DNA of 64,000 nucleotides from Dehalococcoidia bacterium (GCA_030610655.1 JAUWRG010000001.1:175-64174); one strand, 5' to 3'. Shown: positions 8,931 through 19,810, counted from the first letter of the stretch. Made by a program: numbers and translations. The notes: generated from the sequence alone by a model not told the origin.

Positions 8931-10499
8931 TCACAAGGGGATATTGCCATGCTTCTTCGGCACTCTCGTCATCTTCTTTCCCTTTAGTATATTTAGCGCT
9001 CTAGCCAACACCTTTCTGGTTTCCTTTGGCTCAATAATATCCTCGTATATGCTCGCTCTAGAGCCGAACACCAGGGGATTGGCAAATGAATCCCGATACC
9101 ATTTTACCTTTTCCGTCAAGAATTGCTCGGGGTTCTCCGCTTTGAGAATCTCCGCCCCAAAGAAAAGTCGCACCGACTCCTTAGCACCCATTACCCCCCA
9201 CTCGGCGATGGGCCAGGCAAAGACGAAATCCGTAGCCATACCAGGGACAACGCCCAAACCTAGGTTCCCCCCTCCGTAAGACTTTCGCGTAATAACCGCG
9301 ATTCTAGGAACCGTCGCCTCACACAGGGCAAAAAGATTCTTGGCGCCGTGGCGAATTATCCCGGCATGCTCCTGGTCTGAGCCTGGGGCATAGGCCGAGG
9401 TATCTATCAGTACAATTATCGGGATGTTGAAGCAATCGCAGGTTCTGATAAACCTGGCTTGCTTACAGGAGCTATCAACAGTTAGCGCCCCCCCATAGAT
9501 ACTCGGTTGACTGGCTACGATACCAACGGTCTGACCCGCTAGACGGGCAAAGCCAACAACAATCTCCCCGGCAAACTCAGGCTTTATCTCGAAGAAATCC
9601 CCATTGTCTACGAGACGGGTGATCAACTCATGCACGTCATAGGGAATATCAGGATCATCGGGGACGATGTCCTCAAGCTCAGGGATCAATCGATACGGGT
9701 CATCACCAGTGTCTACTATCGGCGGGAGTTCATCACAGCTTGAGGGGAGATAACTCAGTAGCTTCCTTACCTTCTCAAAGCACCCATCCTCAGTCTCTGT
9801 CCTCAGGTCAGCGACTCCAGAAATCGCTGTGTGAACCTCCGCCCCCCCAAGATCCTCCATGGTGATATCCTCACCGATCACCGACTTAACAACACGAGGT
9901 CCAGTGATGAACATCTGGCTGGTCTTATCCACCATAAAGACGAAATCCATAAGCGCCGGAGAATAAACGGAGATGCCGGCACAAGCACCCGCGATGACCG
10001 CAATCTGGGGAATCACCCCTGATGCTTGGGTATTGATGTAAAAGACGGATCCTCCGCCCTTCTCTTCTACTACCATAGCCTCCGGCATTTCCGTCTCACC
10101 AGTCAGCCTTACCTGCCTAGCGCCAGGGGAATCATGAATGCCAATAACGGGGACCCTCATATCCATCGCCCTCTCCACCGTTCTATACATCTTATACCCG
10201 TGCAACATACCTATTGAGCCCCCCTGCACTGTAGCATCCTGAGAATAGATGCAAATCGGTCTCCCATCTATGGTGCCATAACCATATACCATGCCATCAC
10301 CAGGAGACCCCTGCATATACCCCACCAGCATGCCCAAGTCAGTGAAGCTTCCCGGATCGAGCAGGCGGTCGAGCCTCTCCCGGGCGGTTAGCTTACCCTT
10401 TTGGTGCACCTTGTCTATCTTTTCTGGCCCTCCACCCAAGGCTGCTTTTTGCTTAGCCTCCCTAAGCTTCTCAATCCTCTCCTTCATTAGCTCGCCCAT
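8931..10499 (-). CDS. acyl-CoA carboxyltransferase subunit (methylmalonyl-/glutaconyl-CoA decarboxylase alpha, PccB-like)
   Basis: 522 aa with the conserved N-terminus (KIDKVHQKGKLTARERLDRLLDPGSF) and carboxyltransferase-fold motifs. Confidence 0.85.
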   Translation of the reverse strand: MGELMKERIEKLREAKQKAALGGGPEKIDKVHQKGKLTARERLDRLLDPGSFTDLGMLVGYMQGSPGDGMVYGYGTIDGRPICIYSQDATVQGGSIGMLHGYKMYRTVERAMDMRVPVIGIHDSPGARQVRLTGETEMPEAMVVEEKGGGSVFYINTQASGVIPQIAVIAGACAGISVYSPALMDFVFMVDKTSQMFITGPRVVKSVIGEDITMEDLGGAEVHTAISGVADLRTETEDGCFEKVRKLLSYLPSSCDELPPIVDTGDDPYRLIPELEDIVPDDPDIPYDVHELITRLVDNGDFFEIKPEFAGEIVVGFARLAGQTVGIVASQPSIYGGALTVDSSCKQARFIRTCDCFNIPIIVLIDTSAYAPGSDQEHAGIIRHGAKNLFALCEATVPRIAVITRKSYGGGNLGLGVVPGMATDFVFAWPIAEWGVMGAKESVRLFFGAEILKAENPEQFLTEKVKWYRDSFANPLVFGSRASIYEDIIEPKETRKVLARALNILKGKKMTRVPKKHGNIPL

Positions 10500-10737
10500 T
10501 TTGAAAACCTCCCTCCTTCAAATATTGGCTCCTTTAGCCTTTTTTGTAATGATATACTCCGCTTGAGTCCTTGATATTATAGCATATCTCCTTTCAGCTT
10601 GCATAAGGCCGCTTAGTTCTCCGTAGAAATCCGACACTCATCCTCCTTCCTGAGTGGTGTGTTCATTCTTAATCCCATGTGGGGTCGGTGGTAATGATAA
10701 CGGCTCAGACCACGGATGAACCTCGCCATGATGCTTC

Positions 10738-12201
10738 CTACCCTTTAACCACACCGATAGGCCTTGCTTTAGCCACTCTACGCGATATCCCCGCTTCATG
10801 AGTTATTTCCACCACTTGGGCGACATCTTTGTAGGCCTCCGATGCTTCCTCAGCGAGCGAGGACATGCTACCCGTCTTGACCGTTATACCTTTTTCAGCG
10901 AGCCGCCTGGCAACGTCGATGCCCCTCAGGCTTCTCTTCGCTGCGGAGCGGCTCTGCACCCTTCCTGCGCCATGACACGTAGAGCCAAAGGTTTCCGCCA
11001 CCGCCTTTTCGGTGCCAACCAAAACATACGAATAGCGACCCATATCACCGGGAATGAGCACAGGCTGCCCGATCTCAGCATATGCGCGAGGCACATCGGG
11101 GTGCCCTGCGGGGAAAGCTCTCGTAGCCCCTTTGCGATGGATACAAAGAGAGGTCAGCTTCCCGCCTACCTCGTACTCTTCAATCTTGGCGATATTGTGG
11201 GTCACATCGTAGACCATCTCCAGGCCCAATTCTTCGCGGCTTGCACCAAACACATTGACAAAAGACTCCCTGGCCCAATGAGCGATGCACTGGCGGTTGG
11301 CCCAAGCATAGTTGGCGGCGCAGGCCATGGCAGCAAAATAAGCTTGCCCCTCAGGAGACTTCACCGGGGCACAGGCAAGCTGGCGGTCGGGAAGACTGAT
11401 CCCGTATTTCTGCACCGCTGTCCCCATAGTCACTAAATGATCAGTGCAAACCTGGTGACCCAACCCCCGTGACCCGGTGTGGATCAGCAGAAGCACCTGC
11501 CCCACCCTTTCTATGCCCATGACGGAAGCGATAGCAGGCTCATAGATCTCCTCTACCACCTCCACCTCTATAAAGTGGTTCCCAGCGCCCAGCGTTCCCA
11601 ATTGGGGAGCACCCCGCTGCTTCGCCTTGGCGCTTACCTGTTCGGGGTCAGCACCCTCCATGCTGCCATTCTCCTCAGTAACCTCCAGATCCCTCGTCTC
11701 CCCATACCCCTTCTCCACCGCCCATCTGGCACCTTTCAGAAGAACCTTATCCACTTCCTGCTGACTCAGCCTCAACTTACCTTTAGACCCTACCCCCGAG
11801 GGAACATTGCTATAAAGAGCATCGATCAGCTTCTCGATTCTAGGCCTGACTTCCTCTTCAGTGAGGTTGGTACGCAGCAACCTCACCCCGCAATTGATAT
11901 CGAAGCCAACACCCCCAGGGGAGATCACACCATCCTCAACCCTGGTGGCGGCAACGCCCCCGATAGGGAAACCATAGCCCCAGTGGATATCGGGCATTGC
12001 CATAGACCGTGAAACGATCCCGGGAAGGAAAGCCACATTAGCTACCTGCTCTAGTGCCTGCTCCTCTCGAATGTGGGACAGCATGCTTTCATCGGCGTAG
12101 ATAAGCCCAGGTACTCTCATGCCTGCTTTATAGCTCTTCGGGATCTCCCACCGATAATCGTCTATTTTATTTAACATTCCCTCCCTCCGCATTTTCGTCA
12201 C
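10738..12201 (-). CDS. rtcB: RNA-splicing ligase RtcB
   Basis: 487 aa with RtcB metal/GTP-site motifs (GAGNHF, HTGSRGLGHQ, STCHGAGR). Confidence 0.9.
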   Translation of the reverse strand: MTKMRREGMLNKIDDYRWEIPKSYKAGMRVPGLIYADESMLSHIREEQALEQVANVAFLPGIVSRSMAMPDIHWGYGFPIGGVAATRVEDGVISPGGVGFDINCGVRLLRTNLTEEEVRPRIEKLIDALYSNVPSGVGSKGKLRLSQQEVDKVLLKGARWAVEKGYGETRDLEVTEENGSMEGADPEQVSAKAKQRGAPQLGTLGAGNHFIEVEVVEEIYEPAIASVMGIERVGQVLLLIHTGSRGLGHQVCTDHLVTMGTAVQKYGISLPDRQLACAPVKSPEGQAYFAAMACAANYAWANRQCIAHWARESFVNVFGASREELGLEMVYDVTHNIAKIEEYEVGGKLTSLCIHRKGATRAFPAGHPDVPRAYAEIGQPVLIPGDMGRYSYVLVGTEKAVAETFGSTCHGAGRVQSRSAAKRSLRGIDVARRLAEKGITVKTGSMSSLAEEASEAYKDVAQVVEITHEAGISRRVAKARPIGVVKG

Positions 12202-12204
12202 CCC

Positions 12205-12621
12205 CTAAATATCAAAGAGTACCTGAACCCTGTAGCCATCCCTCTCCTCAACCTTGAGCATGTGATAGGTGGTTGCCTTGACCGCTATCTTTATCTTGTG
12301 GCGCTCTGGATCGATCCTTTCCCCAAAGCATCTTGCCCTGAGCCTTGTCTCACTGAGTTCATCGATTTCAAATCTGTTAAGAAGCACATTCTCCACCTCG
12401 AAGAGGTAAATCAACTCGTTGAGCCATGCCACCAGAAGGTCCTCCCGGTTCTCCGCAGTGACCTCGGCCTCACAGCACAGGACATCAGCCACATTCTCAA
12501 TATCGACCATCAGGCTGAAAAGGGCGTATGCAGCATTGGCAAAGGCCTCCCTAAGGTTTGCCCCGTAGGCAGCAATACCAATGTCAGCCGTATGGTCGAT
12601 AACCTCGAACCTCTTCTCCAT
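12205..12621 (-). CDS. archease (RtcB activator)
   Basis: 138 aa; N-terminal FEVIDHTADIGI archease signature; immediately downstream of rtcB. Confidence 0.85.
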   Translation of the reverse strand: MEKRFEVIDHTADIGIAAYGANLREAFANAAYALFSLMVDIENVADVLCCEAEVTAENREDLLVAWLNELIYLFEVENVLLNRFEIDELSETRLRARCFGERIDPERHKIKIAVKATTYHMLKVEERDGYRVQVLFDI

Positions 12622-12671
12622 ATGTAGCGAATATTATACTAGAATGCCAACCCAAACTAAAGAGAATTGCC

Positions 12672-12700
12672 TTGACAACCCAGTGCCTCTCTCCGATAAT
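12672..12700 (+). promoter_or_regulatory. candidate sigma70-type promoter for the PhoU-like/pit operon
   Basis: TTGACA (12672-12677), a 17-nt spacer, GATAAT (12695-12700); an AGGAGG RBS lies 6 nt before the GTG at 12728. Confidence 0.5.
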
Positions 12701-12727
12701 CTAGTTTGATATAGTAGGAGGTAGCAC

Positions 12728-13357
12728 GTGGCTAGATTCTCCCTTTTACCCAAGAATGAGAGGTTCTTTGACCTTTTCGAGGAAAGCGCCCGCAATTTCG
12801 TGAGGGCAGCCGACCTCCTGAAAGAGCTTATGGATAGATGCGAGGACGTGGAGGAAATGGTAAGGCAGATTACGGAATTGGAGCACCATGGGGACAACAT
12901 CACTCATCGTATAATGGCGGAATTACATGGCACCTTTGTCACTCCCATCGACCGTGAGGACATCGCCCAACTTGCCCAACGTATGGACGATGTGATGGAC
13001 TTCATCGACGCAGCCGCGAGGCGTATGATGCTCTATGATATTACCAAACCTACGGAGAGGGCAAAGGAGATGGCCGACATCTTGGTCAGGGTGACCTCTG
13101 AGACGAGCAAAGCAATACCCCGATTGCGCCGCCGCCGCGAGCTGAGCCACATGAGAGAGCACTGCATCGAGATAAACCGGCTGGAGAACGAGGCTGACGA
13201 TGTGAGGCGCTCCGCCCTGGCCGAGCTCTTCCGCGATCGGGTGGAACTTGCTGAGGTGATCAAGTGGCGGGAGATCTATGAACACATGGAGGACGCCGTC
13301 GACAGCTGCGAGGATATCGCCGATATCCTCGAAGGGGTAATGATCAAGCGTGCCTGA
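12728..13357 (+). CDS. PhoU-like DUF47 family protein (pit accessory protein)
   Basis: 209 aa helical protein; its end overlaps the pitA start (13350) by 8 bp, the classic DUF47-PiT pairing. Confidence 0.75.
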   Translation: MARFSLLPKNERFFDLFEESARNFVRAADLLKELMDRCEDVEEMVRQITELEHHGDNITHRIMAELHGTFVTPIDREDIAQLAQRMDDVMDFIDAAARRMMLYDITKPTERAKEMADILVRVTSETSKAIPRLRRRRELSHMREHCIEINRLENEADDVRRSALAELFRDRVELAEVIKWREIYEHMEDAVDSCEDIADILEGVMIKRA

Positions 13358-14336
13358 GCCTACCCTGTTTGTTCTGGTCATTGTTCTTGCCGTCGGCTTT
13401 GCCGTTATCAATGGCTTTAACGATGCCGCTAATGCTATTGCCACCGTAATCGGCACTCGCGTTCTCTCCCCCCTCCGTGCCGTAGTCATGGCCGCCATTC
13501 TAAACTTTGCCGGGGCCGCCACCGGCACTGCTGTAGCCATTTTCATTAGCAGGATCATTAACCATGAGGTTCTTATTCAGGACTATGGCATCTTGATCGC
13601 TGCCCTGGTTGCGGTGATTGTTTGGGGGCTGATTGCAACACGCCTCGGCCTCCCCGTAAGCATAAGCCATAGTTTTATTGCTGGTCTTGTAGGGGCTGGG
13701 GTCGCCGCTGCAGGAAGCAAGTGCATCTTTTGGAAAGGCTTTGGCACGGTGTTCTCGGCAGTGGCTGTTGCCCCAGCGCTCGGCTTTGCTGGAGGGCTGT
13801 TGGTGATGATCTCCTTGATGTGGATACTACGCCGCACCGCACCGCTGAAGGTAGAGGGTATCTTCAGCAGGTTGCAAATCCTCTCCGCCGCCTTCATGGC
13901 CTATGCCCACGGCAAGAACGATGGTCAGATGCCCATAGCTATAATGGCTATGGCGGTGATGATCCACACTGGTGTGTTTCATATCGAACCCTGGATGTGG
14001 GTCCTCTCAGCATCCGCCATCTCCTTGGGCACCATCTTTGGTGGCTGGCGCGTGATCAAGACGGTGGGCATGAGAATCACCGCCCTCCGTCCCGTTCATG
14101 GCTTTGCCGCCACAGGCTCGGCGGCCGCGGTGGTCGAGGTCGCCTCAGCCTTTGGCATTCCTGTAAGCACCACCCACTGCATAAGTTCGGCGATTATTGG
14201 AGTGGGCGCCACCAAACGCCTCTCCGCAGTGCGCTGGGGCATCGCTGGAAATATCGTCCTCGCCTGGCTCCTGACCTTCCCCATATGCGGCGCCATCGGC
14301 TGGCTGGTCGCCTCACTTTTCCATATCCTATCCTGA
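13350..14336 (+). CDS. pitA: inorganic phosphate transporter, PiT family
   Basis: 328-aa polytopic membrane protein with the PiT signature GFNDAANAIATVIGTR and an internal repeat. Confidence 0.85.
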   Translation: MPEPTLFVLVIVLAVGFAVINGFNDAANAIATVIGTRVLSPLRAVVMAAILNFAGAATGTAVAIFISRIINHEVLIQDYGILIAALVAVIVWGLIATRLGLPVSISHSFIAGLVGAGVAAAGSKCIFWKGFGTVFSAVAVAPALGFAGGLLVMISLMWILRRTAPLKVEGIFSRLQILSAAFMAYAHGKNDGQMPIAIMAMAVMIHTGVFHIEPWMWVLSASAISLGTIFGGWRVIKTVGMRITALRPVHGFAATGSAAAVVEVASAFGIPVSTTHCISSAIIGVGATKRLSAVRWGIAGNIVLAWLLTFPICGAIGWLVASLFHILS

Positions 14337-14431
14337 GAGCTTTTCAAATAGAGATGAGAATGCAAAAAGGGGAGGAAACTCTTTGCTTCGATAAAACTGA
14401 GGACAGCAGTGAGGAATGAACGCTCTGTTTA

Positions 14432-14821
14432 CTAGTTGTCCAAGACCTCTTTTATCAAAATGCTCTCTTTGATCCGATCGACGGCATATTGACAAGCTTC
14501 AAAGGCCTCCTGACGATGAGGAGCAGCGATGGCAACGACAGCTATGGTCTCCCCGACCTCAATCCTGCCTACCCTGTGACAAATGGACACATCCTCAAGC
14601 TGCCACTTGGTACGGATCTCCTCACCAACACCCCGAAGTTGCTGCTCCGCCATCACTTTGTCGCTGTTACATTCGGCATAAAGAACCCTGTTGCCCAGAG
14701 AAGAATGGCCCCTCAGCAACCCGATAAAGGTCACGGCGGCGCCGTTAGTATCTCGTTTCACTCGATTTATGACAAGCTCGGCAAGGATGGGGGTTTCAGT
14801 TACCTCAAACATGCTCTCCAT
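14432..14821 (-). CDS. moaE: molybdopterin synthase catalytic subunit MoaE
   Basis: Aligns with the E. coli MoaE motifs ([14 protein letters not shown]; [40 protein letters not shown]). Confidence 0.75.
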   Translation of the reverse strand: MESMFEVTETPILAELVINRVKRDTNGAAVTFIGLLRGHSSLGNRVLYAECNSDKVMAEQQLRGVGEEIRTKWQLEDVSICHRVGRIEVGETIAVVAIAAPHRQEAFEACQYAVDRIKESILIKEVLDN

Positions 14822-16691
14822 CTGGGGCAGCCTCTTCGACAGGCTTGTTAAAAAGCTCCTCTAGCTCCTCACCCTCGATAGTTTCATGGGCAATCAACGC
14901 CTCCGCTAACTGCACCAGCTTCGCCCTGTTCTGGGTGAGGATCTCCTTAGCTACGCTGTAGGCTCGCTGAATAAGTTTGTGAACCTCCTCATCGATCTCC
15001 TCGGCAGTCTTCTCACTGTAGTCCTTCTGTTCCGATACCTCGCGCCCCAGGAAGACCAATTCCTCCCTTCGCCCAAAGGTACGAGGGCCCAACTTCTCGC
15101 TCATCCCATATTCCATGACCATCCTGCGGGCGATCTTGGTTGCCTGTTCGATGTCACTCTCGCTTCCAGTGGTCATTTCTCCAAAGATCAGGTCCTCAGA
15201 GGCATGCCCAGCGAGCTGGGTAGCCAGCATGTCATTAAACTGAGACCGGGTCCACAGATAGCGATCCTCGGTGGGCAGCAGGCGAGTGTAGCCTCCCATC
15301 ATGCCTCGAGCGATTATCGAGACCTTATGTACTGGGTCGGCATTGGGCAGCATCCTTGCTACAAGGGCATGACCCGCCTCATGGTGAGCGGTAATCTCCT
15401 TCTCTTTCGGGCTGATGATCCTGCTTCTCTTCTCAGGGCCAGCGATCACCCGATCTATAGACTCCTCCAACTCCAGAAGGCCAATTGTCTTCTTACCACG
15501 TCTCGCTGCGAGGATGGCCGCCTCGTTTACCAAGTTAGCCAGATCAGCGCCAGAAAACCCCGGCGTCTGCTTAGCAACAGTCTCCAGACTAGCTGACTCA
15601 TCCAAAGGCTTGCCCTTGCTATGCACCTCCAGAATTGCCTTGCGCCCCTTAATATCGGGTCGGTCGATCACCACTTGGCGGTCAAAGCGACCGGGGCGCA
15701 GTAGCGCCGGGTCCAAGATGTCAGGGCGGTTAGTCGCCGAAAGAACAATGACATTGGTAGAGGAATCGAAACCATCCATCTCCACCAGGATCTGATTCAA
15801 GGTCTGCTCCCTTTCATCATGACCGCCACCAATCCCAGCTCCACGATGACGTCCCACAGCGTCTATCTCATCGATAAAAACAATACAAGGGCTATTGCGT
15901 TTGGCCTGCTCGAAGAGGTCCCTCACTCTGGAAGCACCCACTCCGACAAACATCTCCACAAACTCGCTACCACTTATGGAGAAGAAGGGGACACCAGCCT
16001 CACCGGCGACCGCACGACTCAACAGAGTCTTCCCTGTGCCTGGGGCGCCCACCAAGAGCACACCGCGAGGAATTCTAGCCCCTAGAGCGGAGAACTTCTC
16101 AGGTGTCTTGAGAAACTCGACCACCTCCTGGAGCTCCTGCTTCGGCTCATCTATTCCGGCAACATCATCGAATGTTACAGTAGGTTGTGTGCTGGGGGAA
16201 AGACGAGCTTTGCTCCGTCCAAAGTTGAGAGCCTGATTGCCAGCCCCTCGCGCTCGGCTGAAGATGAACCATATCAACCCGATAAAGAATAGCAATGGCA
16301 GAAGGGTGGTAAGCAAAATGCCCCAGTCAAATCCACTGGGATCCTGATAGTCCAGCTTTATCTTGCTCCAATCGACCCCACGCCCCTCTAAATACTGCTT
16401 CAGGTCAAGGGTGGTCCCAGAAAAACCCGCTTCCAACACTGAGGTATCGCCATCCATCGCTATTACGGTAGTCCCCTGTTGTACTATCCGGTCGATGTTG
16501 CCCTCAATTAGCGTATCGTCTGCTAGCTGCACAGAGCCCGTTGTCGTCAGCGTTACCAAGTCGTCAAGGGACCCAGTCGCCACCCCCGGAGAGCGCATGA
16601 ACAAAGCGAAGAAAATCGCTCCCATCGCCACAATAACCACTACCCAAATTATCCACTTGCTAGGAAACTTTGAACCCATTACTCGCCACAC
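14805..16691 (-). CDS. ftsH: ATP-dependent zinc metalloprotease FtsH
   Basis: Walker A GAPGTGKT, second region of homology, HEAGHAL zinc motif, N-terminal TM anchor. Confidence 0.95.
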   Translation of the reverse strand: MWRVMGSKFPSKWIIWVVVIVAMGAIFFALFMRSPGVATGSLDDLVTLTTTGSVQLADDTLIEGNIDRIVQQGTTVIAMDGDTSVLEAGFSGTTLDLKQYLEGRGVDWSKIKLDYQDPSGFDWGILLTTLLPLLFFIGLIWFIFSRARGAGNQALNFGRSKARLSPSTQPTVTFDDVAGIDEPKQELQEVVEFLKTPEKFSALGARIPRGVLLVGAPGTGKTLLSRAVAGEAGVPFFSISGSEFVEMFVGVGASRVRDLFEQAKRNSPCIVFIDEIDAVGRHRGAGIGGGHDEREQTLNQILVEMDGFDSSTNVIVLSATNRPDILDPALLRPGRFDRQVVIDRPDIKGRKAILEVHSKGKPLDESASLETVAKQTPGFSGADLANLVNEAAILAARRGKKTIGLLELEESIDRVIAGPEKRSRIISPKEKEITAHHEAGHALVARMLPNADPVHKVSIIARGMMGGYTRLLPTEDRYLWTRSQFNDMLATQLAGHASEDLIFGEMTTGSESDIEQATKIARRMVMEYGMSEKLGPRTFGRREELVFLGREVSEQKDYSEKTAEEIDEEVHKLIQRAYSVAKEILTQNRAKLVQLAEALIAHETIEGEELEELFNKPVEEAAPDGEHV

Positions 16692-16864
16692 CTCTCTCCA
16701 CTCATATATTATACCAGAAAGCGCTAAAAACTTAAATGTACTCGTTCATATTATTAGTGATGCTTCACTCCCTTCCAATCATGGTTGCTTCTCAGGCTCC
16801 CTGTCGTCTTGACCCAACTACTGGCCTGAGATGCATATCTGGGGGACACCTCCAACCCCCCGCC

Positions 16865-17065
16865 AAAGGGAGGCCCCCTCTGGACTCCCCTGTTTTGTTC
16901 CGTTCACCCCGAGCTTGTCGAAGGGCTCATCACGAACAGTTACTGAATCACTGCCTTTTATTGTTGGTCCGTTCGCCCCGAAAACTATGGCGTAGGTAGG
17001 GGCGTTCAGTTGAACGCCCCTACTGGGACAGGTAACTTTGTTGGAGACAAGCCTGGCAATGACGA
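16865..17065. repeat. composite intergenic repeat copy R1 (hairpin module + 27-bp palindrome module + flank)
   Basis: GGAGTCCAGAGGGGGCCTCCCT (reverse orientation) at 16869-16888; palindrome TAGGGGCGTTCAGTTGAACGCCCCTAC at 16997-17023; the flank CTGGGACAGGTAACTTTGTTGGAGACAAGCCTGGCAA matches the inverted flank at 22530-22565. Confidence 0.75.
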
Positions 17066-17326
17066 GAAGATGCCACCCACTTATCTGAATCGAAGCATAG
17101 GTGGCACTTTTCATTAGCATGGTCTTCGATGCCGTTGCTCCCCACCACCTCGCTACCAAGCATCATTCCCTTCTCGGCCTTGCCTTAGTGCACCATTACG
17201 AGACCACAACACATCATAGCCAGAATCGTCTGCGCAAGATGAAGCAGGATACGTCGTCCAGAGCACCAAGTACCAAGAAGAAGGGCTGAGGAATGAAGTC
17301 AGCCCCCAGCCCTTCTCTATCACTGG

Positions 17327-18463
17327 CTAAGGAGCTGGGTCATAGTATGTGATCACTAGCTTGGGACGGCTGTCAGGATCGATAGTGTAGTCTGAGGAAA
17401 CAAAGAGCTTTACCGCACCCCATGTCTCTTCATCGGCATCTATCAGCACCAGACCGTGATTGGCAATAGACCCGTCGACCCACCCTTCGATCAGGGCAGG
17501 CTCGAGTTCCCATTCTACGAAATCGTTTGTTTCGACGTCCGGCAACAAGGTGCTAGCGCATTCAGCAGGGCTATGTCCCGGCTGTTCACCCCACGTGATG
17601 GTGTTTTCCGCCCAAGCATCAGTCACCTGGTAGGCATTAACGCTTGTGGCAACCACGTTCGAACTGTCGCCGTACCACAGCAGCAGCTCAACCGAGGTCA
17701 CGACCGCCGTCGCTGGAATCCCGGACAGGCTGAAGCGTATATACGTTCTCACCTTGTCGCCACCATCGTTGCCGATAATTAGGAAGGGCAGACTTCCCTC
17801 GTTGGTTGTTGGATCTGTGCTCATGACCAGTGCATCCTTGCCCTCGATGTCATCCGGCTGGAAAGTGACCGTCTGCGGTGGGGCAGGGTCGAGTTCCCAG
17901 TTAATGTACGTGGTCTCGCCAGCATTTACCGTCACCGTTCCTTCTTTGTCTTTGTACTCGGTTAGCGCGAGCTTAATCGTATGGTCGCCCCCAGGTACAT
18001 CGGCGATGACGTAAGGGGTTATGCTTCCCGTATCTGTCCCATCGATGTAAACCATCGCCCCTGTAGGGCTCGACTTTACATCGATCGAGCCTGCTGTTGC
18101 CACAACAGCAACGGTGACAGAGCAACTTCCTTCGGCTGTTCCCCCTCTGCCATCATCAACGGTCACGGTCACTGTATATGTTCCCAACGCACCCGCCGCT
18201 GTCCAGTCAACCGTACTATTTGTCCCCAGGATTGTTGCCTCACAGGGACCGCTGTATCTCCAGCTATACGTAAGAGTGTCACCATCTGGATCGCTAGCGA
18301 CGCAGGTTAGAGTAGTGATCTCCCCTGGAGCCACGCTCGGAGGATCGGCATCAAGGCTGGTAATCTGCGGAGGATTGTTGCCAGGTCCGCAGGCGCCAGC
18401 GAAAAGCAACGCCACTCCGACGAGTACTAGAACCGCCCATTGAGTCCATCTAGGTAGTTTCAT
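17327..18463 (-). CDS. secreted/lipo-protein with PKD-like, PEGA and C-terminal DNRLRE-like domains
   Basis: Signal peptide ending in AGACG; PKD hallmark DPDGDTLTYSW; PEGA motif SSPTGAMVYIDG; C-terminal RTYIRFSLSGIP...WAENTITWGEQP pattern. Confidence 0.65.
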   Translation of the reverse strand: MKLPRWTQWAVLVLVGVALLFAGACGPGNNPPQITSLDADPPSVAPGEITTLTCVASDPDGDTLTYSWRYSGPCEATILGTNSTVDWTAAGALGTYTVTVTVDDGRGGTAEGSCSVTVAVVATAGSIDVKSSPTGAMVYIDGTDTGSITPYVIADVPGGDHTIKLALTEYKDKEGTVTVNAGETTYINWELDPAPPQTVTFQPDDIEGKDALVMSTDPTTNEGSLPFLIIGNDGGDKVRTYIRFSLSGIPATAVVTSVELLLWYGDSSNVVATSVNAYQVTDAWAENTITWGEQPGHSPAECASTLLPDVETNDFVEWELEPALIEGWVDGSIANHGLVLIDADEETWGAVKLFVSSDYTIDPDSRPKLVITYYDPAP

Positions 18464-18582
18464 GACCTTGTACCTCCTTCATGCAATAGACTTGCTAAAC
18501 CTTATCACAACTTAGCTAACCTGGCAACGCTCGCCGTTGACAGAGGAAACCAATGCCACAGGTGAACAGCCTGTCAAACAGC

Positions 18583-19707
18583 CTATGGAGCCAGATCAAA
18601 ATAGGTGATCACCAATTTGGGGGGGCGTTCGAAATAGAAGGTATGGTTTGATGAATAGAATCGCTTCCAAGCCTTCACTGTATTCTCATCGGTATCTTTC
18701 AATAATACCCCTTTATTGACGATGGAGCCATCGACCCAGCTCTGAACCAGATCATCAATATCCCAGTATATGAAATCTTTTGTTACATCAGCAGGCACAG
18801 TAGCAGTGCTTTCGGGAGTCGCTGTCCAAATAGGTTGATGTGCCCAGTCAACAGCGTCTTCGTCCCAACTGCTAATAACATTATAAACACCTATTACCAA
18901 GGGTTTCGCACCGCTAGTGCCGTCGTAGTATAGTCCAAGCTCAGCGTTGGTTATGATAGCAGTAGAGGGAATCGCACGGAGATCAAACTGAAGATATGAC
19001 CCATAGTATTCATACATGACCTCGGCGCCAACAAATAAGTACTCCTCTGAGCCATAGTTATCATCCTGCCTATCCTCATATACATAGGCATCGTTGCCAT
19101 CACCGGGACCAGGCTGCATTGTGTGCGTAGTTTCGACAGCATAATCAAGGGTCCAGTCGATGTAGGTAACCGGCTCGGCGCCAACCGTCGCCGTTCCCAC
19201 CTTGTCTTTATAGTGGTAGTAGGTTAGCTTAATAGTATAGCCGCCTTCAGTTAGACCAGTGATGCTGCAAGGGGTTACTTTCCCTGTATCCTCACCATCA
19301 AGGTAAACATTTGCCCCTTCTGGATTGGAGGTTATGTTGATCGAGCCAGTTGCCACTCCCACGGTGATATAGCAATACTGAGTAGCCATTCCCCCTCCAC
19401 CATCATCAACAATAACGGTAATAATATATGTATCCTCCACGTCTGGTGCCACCCACGTAGCCACATTCCTCGTCCATGTGATACTCCCGTCAGTCGCCGT
19501 CCAGTCGTAGGTGAGATCATCACCATCGGGGTCGTTGGCAACACAGTCTATAGTGGAACTCCCTCCCAGGCCTACGCCCAGTGGAGTGGCAGTAAGGCTG
19601 GAAATTTGCGGAGGATTATTGCCACCTCCGCCGCAGGCACCAGCAAGAAGCAAAGCTATCCCAAGAAAGACTACAAGCACCCATTGACCATATCTAGACA
19701 ATCTCAT
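18583..19707 (-). CDS. secreted/lipo-protein, tandem paralog of 17327-18463 (PKD-PEGA-DNRLRE-like)
   Basis: Same architecture and colinear motifs (DPDGDDLTYDW, SNPEGANVYLDG, C-terminal PPKLVITYFDLAP versus PKLVITYYDPAP). Confidence 0.65.
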   Translation of the reverse strand: MRLSRYGQWVLVVFLGIALLLAGACGGGGNNPPQISSLTATPLGVGLGGSSTIDCVANDPDGDDLTYDWTATDGSITWTRNVATWVAPDVEDTYIITVIVDDGGGGMATQYCYITVGVATGSINITSNPEGANVYLDGEDTGKVTPCSITGLTEGGYTIKLTYYHYKDKVGTATVGAEPVTYIDWTLDYAVETTHTMQPGPGDGNDAYVYEDRQDDNYGSEEYLFVGAEVMYEYYGSYLQFDLRAIPSTAIITNAELGLYYDGTSGAKPLVIGVYNVISSWDEDAVDWAHQPIWTATPESTATVPADVTKDFIYWDIDDLVQSWVDGSIVNKGVLLKDTDENTVKAWKRFYSSNHTFYFERPPKLVITYFDLAP

Positions 19708-19810
19708 CGCTTTATGCCTCCTTTTTGACTATTTTCAATTGTATCATGACCTAGCTGGCTAGGCAAGGAAATTGACGGGGAAACCCAAAACCCTTAGAAT
19801 AACAAGAGGA

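Noticed and set aside
8109-9279. Plus-strand ORFs 8109-8591 and 8629-9279
   Set aside because: They are antisense to well-supported decarboxylase and biotin-carrier genes and have low-complexity Ser/Thr/Pro-rich translations. I treat them as spurious.
16818-17159. ORFs 16818-17159 (-), 22514-22714 (+) and 61370-61555 (+), which share the peptide RGVQLNAPT
   Set aside because: The shared peptide is just the translation of the TAGGGGCGTTCAATTGAACGCCCCTA palindrome repeat. These are repeat-derived pseudo-ORFs, not paralogous genes.
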